Shown: positions 52,401 through 64,000 of the stretch, one piece after another
How positions within the stretch are numbered: the stretch's first letter is position 1
Layout of the letters: each line of letters starts with the position of its first letter
NCBI GenBank assembly: GCA_965655095.1
Contig: OZ296648.1
Coordinates: 73,470,001 to 73,534,000 of the forward strand
Length of the DNA stretch: 64,000 nt
Origin: Haplodiscus bocki
Lineage: Eukaryota
Reading direction: 5' to 3'
Notes under the pieces: generated by a model
What the model saw: the letters and a program-made list of their open reading frames with translations, nothing else
What the model was told of the DNA's origin: nothing
The model's database searches: none
Position numbers and translations under genes: made by a program

Positions 52401-55400
52401 TCCCGTTTGGCCATAGCTACAAGTTTGATTTTTTCCTTCGAGATCTCAATCGAGCATTTTACACTGGTGGGGCGGATTAGTTTCGGAAATAAAATAATCC
52501 AAGCCTTGGTTCAGGCTTCTTATAGTCCGAAGCTTCCAAAATAAGTTATTAATCATGATTCATCCCGAGATGTAATTTTTTTTCTCTATTTACAGGCTTG
52601 ATTTGTTCCATCAAAGTCTCAATTAACAGCTGAAACCTTGTAAAGGAGTATTCTGTTGAAAAACAAGTCGTTTTGTTCCCTGATTCGGAACGCTGATTGT
52701 CCAGTAATTGCAAAACTTGCTGTTTTTATTGATATATCTCCATATTCAAACTCATCTTTAAACGTGAGTAAAAGCTTGATTGCTTCCACCATGGTCTCTA
52801 TCTTAAACATCACTTTTGTCATGTCGGATTTGTTTGCTAAATCATTCACTCGGAGACTTGATCCGAATCCTGATAGTCTGAAAATTGCAAAAAAAAATTG
52901 TTTTCAATATTGACTCATGTTATTCAAAGTCAATTTTCTTCGTAACTTTTGTTTTGATTTCTTCCATCGAGGTCTAAATCAAGCGCCTTGCACTTGTGGA
53001 GGTTGATCCGGTTGAAAGATTGTCCACTTTGACTCTTGCATCAAATCGTGATTGTCCGAAACTTCCAAAAAATGCTTATAGTAACGAATTATCTTGATAT
53101 TCTAACTCATGTTTCTCTGTATTTACAGTTCGATATTGGTCTCTTTTTCCATTATCCGAGTTTCTCCGCGGCCAGAAAATGCTATTTTAGTTTGAAATTG
53201 CATCTGCTGCAAAATATCGTTCTGTGATTCTCACATTGAGGAAATGCTTACAACCGGAATTAGTATTGAAATTCAAAGAATTTGCAACTTACTTTTCTCC
53301 GAAAAAACCAGGTTCCATGCTTTCATCTAGGTCTCAATCGAAAGCCTTCTACTTGTACAAGCGTATGCCATATAATAATCTTTGCTTTTCTTCCTTGCGT
53401 CAGAATCCTGATACACCGGTGATGCGAAAATAGTGCCATATTTTTTTGAAAACCTCGATTATCGAATTATTTATTTCTCCCTAAATACCTACTCGGTTCG
53501 GTCTGTCAAGTTTTCAATAGATAGCTTTCAACTTGTGCCAAATAGTTCCCCAGGAAACTGTTGATTCGTTCCTTGCATCAGAAACTTGATAGTCCAAATT
53601 TTCCCAAAAGTGTTCATTTATTTTGATACATTGTCGCTTTTCGATCTCGTGTCTCTTGGTAACTACAGATTCGATTTGGTACATGGAAGTCGCACTCGAG
53701 AACTGTACCTTGGTAGATGAGTATGCAATAGAAAAATGTTTTCCTTTTGATCCTTGCATTGGAATCTTGATAGTCCGGAAATTCTAAAGAGTTCTTTTAA
53801 TATTGATACATTTCGATATTCGAACTCCCGTTTGGCCATAGCTACAAGTTTGATTTTTTCCTTCGAGATCTCAATCGAGCATTTTACACTGGTGGGGCGG
53901 ATTAGTTTCGGAAATAAAATAATCCAAGCCTTGGTTCAGGCTTCTTATAGTCCGAAGCTTCCAAAATAAGTTATTAATCATGATTCATCCCGAGATGTAA
54001 TTTTTTTTCTCTATTTACAGGCTTGATTAGTTCCATCAAAGTCTCAATTAACAGCTGAAACCTTGTAAAGGAGTATTCTGTTGAAAAACAAGTCGTTTTG
54101 TTCCCTGATTCGGAACGCTGATTGTCCAGTAATTGCAAAACTTGCTGTTTTTATTGATATATCTCCATATTCAAACTCATCTTTAAACGTGAGTAAAAGC
54201 TTGATTGCTTCCACCATGGTCTCTATCTTAAACATCACTTTTGTCATGTCGGATTTGTTTGCTAAATCATTCACTCGGAGACTTGATCCGAATCCTGATA
54301 GTCTGAAAATTGCAAAAAAAATTGTTTTCAATATTGACTCATGTTATTCAAAGTCAATTTTCTTCGTAACTTTTGTTTTGATTTCTTCCATCGAGGTCTA
54401 AATCAAGCGCCTTGCACTTGTGGAGGTTGATCCGGTTGAAAGATTGTCCACTTTGACTCTTGCATCAAATCGTGATTGTCCGAAACTTCCAAAAAATGCT
54501 TATAGTAACGAATTATCTTGATATTCTAACTCATGTTTCTCTGTATTTACAGTTCGATATTGGTCTCTTTTTCCATTATCCGAGTTTCTCCGCGGCCAGA
54601 AAATACTATTTTAGTTTGAAATTGCATCTGCTGCAAAATATCGTTCTGTGATTCTCACATTGAGGAAATGCTTACAACCGGAATTAGTATTGAAATTCAA
54701 AGAATTTGCAACTTACTTTTCTCCGAAAAAACCAGGTTCCATGCTTTCATCTAGGTCTCAATCGAAAGCCTTCTACTTGTACAAGCGTATGCTATATAAA
54801 AATCTTTGCTTCTCCTCCTTGCGTCAGAATCCTGATATACCGGTAATGCGAAAAAAGTGCCATATTTTTTTGAAAACCTCGATTATCGAATGTTTTATTT
54901 CTCCCTAAATACCTACTCGGTTCGATGTATCAAGTTTTCAATAGATAGCTTTCAACTTATGCCAAATCATTCCCCAGGAAACTGTTGATTCGTTCCTTGC
55001 ATCAGAAACTTGATAGTCCAAATTTTCCCAAAAGTGTATTTTCTTTGATACATGGTCGCTTTTCGATCTCATGTTTCTTGGTAACTACAGATTCGATTTG
55101 GTACTTGGAAGTCGCGCTAGAGAACTGTACCTCGGTAGATGAGTATTCAATAGAGAAATCTTTTCCTTTTGATCCTTGCATTGGAATCTTGATAGGGCGG
55201 AAATTCTAAAGAGTTCTTTAATATTGAAACATTTCGATATTCGAACTCCCGTTTGGCCATAGCTACAAGTTTGATTTTTTCCTTCGAGATCTCAATCGAG
55301 CATTTTACACTGGTGGGGCGGATTAGTATCAGAAATAAAATAATCCAAGCCTTGGTTCAGGCTTCTGATAGTCCGAAGCTTCCAAATTAAGTTAATAAAC

Positions 55401-58400
55401 ATGATTCATCCCGAGATATATATTTTTTGTCTATTTACAGGCTTGATTTGTTCCATCAAAGTCTCAATTAACAGCTGAAACCTTGTAAAGGAGTTTTCTG
55501 TTGAAAAACAAGTCGTTTTGTTCCCTGATTCGGAATGCTGATTGTCCAGTAATTGCAAAACTTGCTGTTTTTATTGATTTATCTCCATATTCAAACTCAT
55601 CTTTAAACGTGAGTAAAAGCTTGATTGCTTCCACCGTGGTCTCTGTCTTAAACATCACTTTTGTCATGTCGGTTTTGTTTGCTAAATCATTCACTCGGAG
55701 ACTTGATCCGAATCCTGATAGTCCGAAAATTGCAAAAAAAATTGTTTTCAATATTGACTCATGTTATTCAAAGTCAATACTCTTCGTAACTTTTGTTTTG
55801 ATTTCTTCCATCGAGGTCTAAATCAAGCGCCTTGCACTTGTGGAGGTTGATCCGGTTGAAAGATTGTCCACTTTGACTCTTGCATCAAATCGTGATTGTC
55901 CGAAACTTCCAAAAAATGCTTATAGTAACGAATTATCTTGATATTCTAACTCATGTTTCTCTGTATTTACAGTTCGATATTGGTCTCTTTTTCCATTATC
56001 CGAGTTTCTCCGCGGCCAGAAAATACTATTTTAGTTTGAAATTGCATCTGCTGCAAAATATCGTTCTGTTATTCTCACATTGAGGAAATGCTTACAACCG
56101 GAACTAGTATTGAAATTCAAAGAATTTGCAACTTACTTTTCTCCGAAAAAACCAGGTTCCATGCTTTCATCTAGGTCTCAATCGAAAGCCTTCTACTTGT
56201 ACAAGCGTATGCCATATAATAATCTTTGCTTTTCTTCCTTGCGTCAGAATCCTGATACACCGGTGATGCGAAAAAAGTGCCATATTTTTTTGAAAACCTC
56301 GATTATCGAATGTTTTATTTCTCCCTAAATACCTACTCGGTTCGATGTATCAAGTTTTCAATAGATAGCTATCAACTTGTGCCAAACAATTCCCCAGGAA
56401 ACTGTTGATTCGTTTTTCGCATCAGAAACTTGATAGTCCAAATTTTCCCAAAAGTGTTTATTTATTTTGATACATGGTCGCTTTTCGACCTCATGTTTCT
56501 TAGTAACTACAGATTCGATTTGGTACATGGAAGTCGCACTCGAGAACTGTACCTTGGTAGATGAGTATTCAATAGAAAAATATTTTCCGTTTGATCCTTG
56601 CATTGGAATCTTGATAGTCCGGAAATTCTAAAGAGTTCTATTAATATTGATACATTTCGATATACGAACTCCCGTTTGGCCATAACTACAGGTTTGATTT
56701 TTTCCGTCGAGATCTCAATCAAGCATTTTAAACTGGTGGGGCGGATTAATTTCAGATATAAAATAATCCAAGCCTTGGTTCAGGCTTCTGATAGTCCGAA
56801 GCTTCCAAATTAAGTTAATAAACATGATTCATCCCGAGATGTAATTTTTTTTTCTCTATTTACAGGCTTGATTTGTTCCATCAAAACCTCAATTAACAGC
56901 TGAAACCTTGTAAAGGAGTGTTCTGTTGAAAAACAAGTCGTTTTGTTCCCTGATTCGGAATGCTGATTGTCCAGTAATTGCAAAACTTGCTGTTTTTATT
57001 GATTTATCTCCATATTCAAACTCATCTTTAAACGTGAGTAAAAGCTTGATTGCTTCCACCATGGTCTCTGTCTTAAACATCACACTTGTCATGTCGAATT
57101 TGTTTGCTAAATCATTCACTCGGAGCCTTGATCCGAATCCTGATAGTCTGAAAATTGCAAAAAAAAATTTTTAATATTGACTCATGTTATTCAAAGTCAA
57201 TTTTCTTCGTAACTTTTAGTTTGATTTCTTCCATCGAGGTCTAAATCAAGCGCCTTGCACTTGTGGAGGTTGATCCGGTTGACCGATTGTCCACTTTGAC
57301 TCTTGCATCAAATCGTGATTGTCCGAATTTTCCAAAAAGTGCTTATAGTAACGAATTATCTTGATATTCTAACTCATGTTTCTCTGTGTTTACAGTTTGA
57401 TATTAGTCTCTTTTTCCATTATCCGAGTTTCTCCGCGGTCAAAAAATACTATTTCAGTTTGAAATTGCATCTGCTGGGAAATATCGTTCTGTGATTCTCA
57501 CATTGAGGAAATGCTTAGAACCGGAACTAGTATTGAAATTCAAAGAATTTGCAACTTACTTTTCTCCGAAAAAACCAGGTTCCATGCTTTCATCTAGGTC
57601 TCAATCGAAAGCCTTCTACTTGTACAAGCGTATGCCATATAATAATCTTTGCTTTTCTTCCTTGCGTCAGAATCCTGATACACCGGTGATGCGAAAAAAG
57701 TGCCATATTTTTTTGAAAACCTCGATTATCGAATGTTTTATTTCTCCCTAAATACCTACTCGGTTCGATGTATCAAGTTTTCAATAGATAGCTATCAACT
57801 TGTGCCAAACAATTCCCCAGGAAACTGTTGATTCGTTTTTCGCATCAGAAACTTGATAGTCCAAATTTTCCCAAAAGTGTTTATTTATTTTGATACATGG
57901 TCGCTTTTCGACCTCATGTTTCTTAGTAACTACAGATTCGATTTGGTACATGGAAGTCGCACTCGAGAACTGTACCTTGGTAGATGAGTATTCAATAGAA
58001 AAATATTTTCCGTTTGATCCTTGCATTGGAATCTTGATAGTCCGGAAATTCTAAAGAGTTCTATTAATATTGATACATTTCGATATACGAACTCCCGTTT
58101 GGCCATAACTACAAGTTTGATTTTTTCCGTCGAGATCTCAATCAAGCATTTTAAACTGGTGGGGCGGATTAATTTCAGATATAAAATAATCCAAGCCTTG
58201 GTTCAGGCTTCTGATAGTCCGAAGCTTCCAAATTAAGTTAATAAACATGATTCATCCCGAGATGTAATTTTTTTTTCTCTATTTACAGGCTTGATTTGTT
58301 CCATCAAAACCTCAATTAACAGCTGAAACCTTGTAAAGGAGTGTTCTGTTGAAAAACAAGTCGTTTTGTTCCCTGATTCGGAATGCTGATTGTCCAGTAA

Positions 58401-61400
58401 TTGCAAAACTTGCTGTTTTTATTGATTTATCTCCATATTCAAACTCATCTTTAAACGTGAGTAAAAGCTTGATTGCTTCCACCATGGTCTCTGTCTTAAA
58501 CATCACACTTGTCATGTCGAATTTGTTTGCTAAATCATTCACTCGGAGCCTTGATCCGAATCCTGATAGTCTGAAAATTGCAAAAAAAAATTGTTTTTAA
58601 TATTGACTCATGTTATTCAAAGTCAATTTTCTTCGTAACTTTTAGTTTGATTTCTTCCATCGAGGTCTAAATCAAGCGCCTTGCACTTGTGGAGGTTGAT
58701 CCGGTTGACCGATTGTCCACTTTGACTCTTGCATCAAATCGTGATTGTCCGAATTTTCCAAAAAGTGCTTATAGTAACGAATTATCTTGATATTCTAACT
58801 CATGTTTCTCTGTGTTTACAGTTTGATATTAGTCTCTTTTTCCATTATCCGAGTTTCTCCGCGGTCAAAAAATACTATTTCAGTTTGAAATTGCATCTGC
58901 TGGGAAATATCGTTCTGTGATTCTCACATTGAGGAAATGCTTAGAACCGGAACTAGTATTGAAATTCCTAGAATTTGCAACTTACTTTTCTCCGAAAAAA
59001 CCAGGTTCCGTTCTTTCATCTAGGTCTCAATCGAAAACCTTCTACTTGTACAAGCGTATGCCATATAAAAATCTTTGCTTTTCTTCCTTGCGTCAGAATC
59101 CTGATATACCGGTGATGCGAAAAAAGTGCCATATTTTTTTGAAAACCTCGATTATCGAATTATTTATTTCTCCCTAAATACCTACTCGGTTCGATCTATC
59201 AAGTTTTCAATAGATAGCTTTCAACTTGTGCTAAAAAATTCCCCAGGAAACTGTTTATTCGTTCCTTGCATCAGAAACTTGATAGTCCAAATTTTCCCAA
59301 AAGTGTTTATTTATTTTGATACATGGTCGCTTTTCGACCTCATGTTTCTTGGTAACTAAAGATTCGATTTGCTACATGGAAGTCGCACTCGAGAACTGTA
59401 CCTTGGTAGATGAGTATGCAATAGAAAAATGTTTTCCTTTTGATCCTTGCATTGGAATCTTGATTGTCCGGATATTCTAAAGAGTTCTATTAATATTGAT
59501 ACATTTCGATATTCGAACTCCCGTTTCGCCATAAATACAAGTTTGATTTTTCCGTCGGGATCTCAATCGAGCCTTTTACACTGGTGGGGGCGGATTAGTA
59601 TCAGAAATAAAATAATCCAAGCCTTGGTTCAGGCTTCTGATAGTCCGAAGCTTCCAAAATAAGTTAATAATCATGATTCATCCCTAGATGTAGTTTTTTT
59701 CTCTATTTACAGGCTTGATTTGTTCCATCAAAGTCTCAATTAACAGCTGAAACCTTGTAAAGGAGTATTCAGTTGAAAAACAAGTCGTTTTGTTCCCTGA
59801 TTCGGAACGCTGATTGTCCAGTAATTGCAAAACTTGCTGTTTTTATTGATATATCTCCATATTCAAACTCATCTTTAAACGTGAGTAAAAGCTTGATTTC
59901 TTCCACCATGGTCTCTATCTTAAATATCACACTTGTCATGTCGGATTTGTTTGCTAAATCATTCATTCGGAGCCTTGATCCGAATCCTCATAGTCTGAAA
60001 ATTGCAAAAACAAATTGTTTTTAATATTGACTCATCAAAGTCAATTTTCTTCGTTACTTTTAGTTTGATTTCTTCCATCGAGGTCTAAATCAAGCGCCTT
60101 GCACTTGTGGAGATTGATCCGGTTGAACGATTGTCCACTTTGACTCTTGCATCAAATCGTGATTGTCCGAAACTTCCAAAAAGTGCTTATAATAACGAAT
60201 TATCTTGATATTCCAACTCATATTTCTCTGTAACTGCAGTTTGATATTAGTCTCTTTTTCCATTATCCGAGTTTCTCCGCGGCCAAAAAATACTGTTTCA
60301 GTTTGAAATTGCATCTGCTGGAACATATCGTTCTGTGATTCTCACATTGAGGAAATGCTTAGAACCGGAACTAGTATTGAAATTCCTAGAATTTGCAACT
60401 TACTTTTCTCCGAAAAAAACAGGTTCCATTCTTTCATCTAGGTGTCAATCGAAAGCCTTCTACTTGTACAAGCGTATGCCATATAAAAATCTTTGCTTTT
60501 CTTCCTTGCGTCAGAATCCTGATATACCGGTGATGCGAAAAAAGTGCCATATTTTTTTGAAAACCTCGATTATCGAATATTTCATTTCTCCCTAAATACC
60601 TTCTCGGTTCGATTTATCAAGTTTTCAATAGATAGCTTTCAACTTGTGCCAATTCATTCCCCAGGAAACTGTTGATTCGTTCCTTGCATCAGAAACTTGA
60701 TAGTCCAAATTTTCCCAAAAGTGTTCATTTATTTTGATACATTGTCGCTTTTCGATCTCGTGTTTCTTGGTAACTACAGATTCGATTTGGTACATGGAAG
60801 TCGCACTCGAGAACTGTACCTTGGTAGATGAGTATTCAATATAAAAATGTTTTCCTTTTGATCCTTGCATTGGTATCTTGATAGTCCGGAATTTCTAAAG
60901 AGTTCTATTAATATTGATACATTTCGATATTCGAACTCCCGTTTGGCCATAACTACAAGTTTGATTTTTTCCCTCGAGATCTCAATCAAGCATTTTAAAC
61001 TGGTGGGGGCGGATTAGTATCAGAAATAAAATAATCCAAGCCTTGGTTCAGGCTTCTGATAGTCCGAAGCTTCCAAAATAAGTTAATAATCATGATTCAT
61101 CCCGAGATGTATTTTTTTTTGTCTATTTACAGGCTTGATTTGTTCCATCAAAGTCTCAATTAACAGCTGAAACCTTTTAAAGGAGAATTCTATTGAAGAA
61201 CAAGTCGTTTTAATCCCTGAATCGGAATGCTGATTGTCCAGTAATTTCAAAACTTGCTGTTTTTAATGATTTGTCTCCATATTCGAACTCATCTTTAAAC
61301 GTAAGTAAAAGCTAGATTGCTTCCACCATGGTCTCTTTCTTAAACATCACTTTTGTCATGTCGGATTTGTTTGCTAAATCATTCACTCGGAGCCTTGATC

Positions 61401-64000
61401 CGAATCCTGATAGTCTGAAAATTGCAAAAAAAAATTGTTTTCAATATTGACTCATGTTATTCAAATTCAAGTTTCTTCGTAACTTTAAGTTTGATTTCTT
61501 CCTTCGAGGTCTAAATCAAGCGCCTTGCACTTCTGGAGGTTGATCCGGTCGAAAAATTGTCCACATTGTGTCTTCCATCAAATCGTGATTGTCCGAAACT
61601 TCCAAAAAGTGCTTATAGTAACGAATTATCTTGATATTCTAACTCATTTTTGTCTGTAACTACAGTTTGATATTAGTCTCTTTTTCCATTATCCGAGTTT
61701 CTCCGCGGCCAAAAAATACTATTTTAGTTTCAAATTGCATCTGCCGGAACACATCGTTCTGTGATTCTCACATTGAGGAAATGCTTAGAACCGGAACTAG
61801 TTTTGAGTTTCCTAGATTTTGCAACTTACTTTTCTCCGAAAAAACCATGTTCAATTCTTTCATCTAGGTCTCAATCGAAAGCCTTCTACCTGTACAAGCG
61901 TATGCCATGTAAAAATCTTTGCTTTCTTCCTTGCGTCAGAATCCTGATATACCGGTAATGTGAAAAAAGTGCCATATTTTTTTTGAAAACCTCGATTATC
62001 GAATATTTTATTTCCCTAAATACCTGCTCGGTTCGATCTATCAAGTTTTCAATAGATAGCTTTCAACTTGTGCCAAATAGTTCCCCAGGAAACTGTTGAT
62101 TCGTTCCTTGCATCAGAAACTTGATAGTCCAAATTTTCCCAAAAGTGTTTATTTATTTTGATACATGGTCCCTTTTCGACCTCATGTTTCTTGGTAACTA
62201 CAGATTCGATTTGGTACATGGAAGTCGCACTCGAGAACTGTACCTTGGTAGATGAGTATGCAATAGAAAAATGTTTTCCTTTTGTTCCTTGCATTGGTAT
62301 CTTGATAGTCCGGAAATTCTAAAGAGTTCTATTAATTTTGATACATTTCGATATTCGAACTCACGTTTGGCCATAACTACAAGTTTGATTTTTTCCGTTG
62401 AGATCTCAATCGAGCATTTTACACTGGTGGGGCGGATTAGTTTCGGAAATAAAATAATCCAAGCCTTGGTTCAGGCTTTTGATAGTCCGAAGCTTCCAAA
62501 ATAAGTTATTAATCATGATTCATCCCGAGATGTAATTTTTTTTCTCTATTTACAGGCTTGATTTGTTCCATCAAAATCTCAATTAACAGCTGAAAACTTG
62601 TAAAGGAGTATTCTTTTGATGAACAAGTCGTTTTGTTCCCTGATTCGGAATGCTGATTGTCCAGTAATTTCAAAACTTGCTGTTTTTAATGATTTGTCTC
62701 CATATTCGAACTCATCTTTAAACGTAAGTAAAAGCTAGATTGCTTCCACCATGGTCTCTTTCTTAAACATCACTTTTGTCATGTCGGATTTGTTTGCTAA
62801 ATCATTCACTCGGAGCCTTGATCCGAATCCTGATAGTCTGAAAATTGCAAAAAAAAATTGTTTTCAATATTGACTCATGTTATTCAAATTCAAGTTTCTT
62901 CGTAACTTTAAGTTTGATTTCTTCCTTCGAGGTCTAAATCAAGCGCCTTGCACTTCTGGAGGTTGATCCGGTCGAAAAATTGTCCACATTGTGTCTTCCA
63001 TCAAATCGTGATTGTCCGAAACTTCCAAAAAGTGCTTATAGTAACGAATTATCTTGATATTCTAACTCATTTTTGTCTGTAACTACAGTTTGATATTAGT
63101 CTCTTTTTCCATTATCCGAGTTTCTCCGCGGCCAAAAAATACTATTTTAGTTTCAAATTGCATCTGCTGGAACACATCGTTCTGTGATTCTCACATTGAG
63201 GAAATGCTTAGAACCGGAACTAGTTTTGAGTTTCCTAGATTTTGCAACTTACTTTTCTCCGAAAAAACCATGTTCAATTCTTTCATCTAGGTCTCAATCG
63301 AAAGCCTTCTACCTGTACAAGCGTATGCCATGTAAAAATCTTTGCTTTCTTCCTTGCGTCAGAATCCTGATATACCGGTAATGTGAAAAAAGTGCCATAT
63401 TTTTTTGAAAACCTCGATTATCGAATATTTTATTTCCCTAAATACCTGCTCGGTTCGATCTATCAAGTTTTCAATAGCTTTCAACTTGTGCCAATTCATT
63501 CCCCAGTGAACTGTTGATTCGTTCCTTGCATCAGAAACTTGATAGTCCAAATTTTCCCAAAAGTGTTTATTTATTTTGATACATGGTCGCTTTTCGACCT
63601 CATGTTTCTTAGTAACTACAGATTCGATTTGGTACATGGAAGTCGCACTCGAGAACTGTACCTTGGTAGATGAGTATGCAATAGAAAAATGTTTTCCTTT
63701 TGTTCCTTGCATTGGTATCTTGATAGTCCGGAAATTCTAAAGAGTTCTATTAATTTTGATACATTTCGATATTCGAACTCACGTTTGGCCATAACTACAA
63801 GTTTGATTTTTTCCGTTGAGATCTCAATCGAGCATTTTACACTGGTGGGGCGGATTAGTTTCGGAAATAAAATAATCCAAGCCTTGGTTCAGGCTTTTGA
63901 TAGTCCGAAGCTTCCAAAATAAGTTATTAATCATGATTCATCCCGAGATGTAATTTTTTTTCTCTATTTACAGGCTTGATTTGTTCCATCAAAATCTCAA
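34493..64000. repeat. Satellite array: 20 complete + 1 partial units of ~1417-1450 bp, each an 8-mer HOR of a ~177-bp monomer
   Basis: Unit marker (TTTGATATTAGTCTC or variant) at about 34494, 35914, 37334, 38755, 40176, 41620, 43067, 44514, 45961, 47410, 48860, 50284, 51705, 53130, 54554, 55974, 57397, 58823, 60240, 61666 and 63089. Runs off the right edge. Confidence 0.98.

Noticed and set aside
34630-63922. Dozens of recurring 60-117 aa ORFs in the satellite as a tandem gene family
   Set aside because: They occur on both strands in overlapping frames, gain and lose stops or frameshifts between units, and the unit decomposes into ~177-bp monomers.
1-64000. Species assignment (repeat style reminiscent of an acoel worm genome)
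   Set aside because: An impression only; it needs a BLAST search and no diagnostic gene is present.

Overview
AT-rich, repeat-dominated eukaryotic genomic DNA, most likely from an invertebrate animal (decayed RTE and BEL/Pao retroelements, GT-AG introns). It is not prokaryotic, and almost all entries in the ORF track are spurious repeat read-throughs. There are three zones. (1) 1-~11.3 kb is a tandem array of ~2.8-3.0 kb units. Each unit is a ~0.7 kb module (9-bp minisatellite ending in a hairpin plus CTTGT, like a Helitron 3' end) and ~2.2 kb of decayed coding-like DNA. The last unit lacks the following module and runs into the uninterrupted source locus and a CCAAT-rich 42-bp repeat. (2) ~11.3-34.5 kb is a patchwork of small tandem repeats (28, ~30, 42, ~167, ~175 bp), decayed retroelements (RTE LINE, BEL/Pao integrase, probable L2/CR1 3' end), tRNA-like fragments, and a phase-consistent 3-exon gene model for a secreted-type protein with one in-frame TAA. 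(3) ~34.5-64 kb is a satellite array of 21 units of ~1417-1450 bp. Each unit is an 8-mer higher-order repeat (HOR) of a strongly diverged ~177-bp monomer, an alpha-satellite-like architecture, with local subfamily blocks and long-range exchange patches. All alignments and translations were done by eye, so boundaries are approximate.
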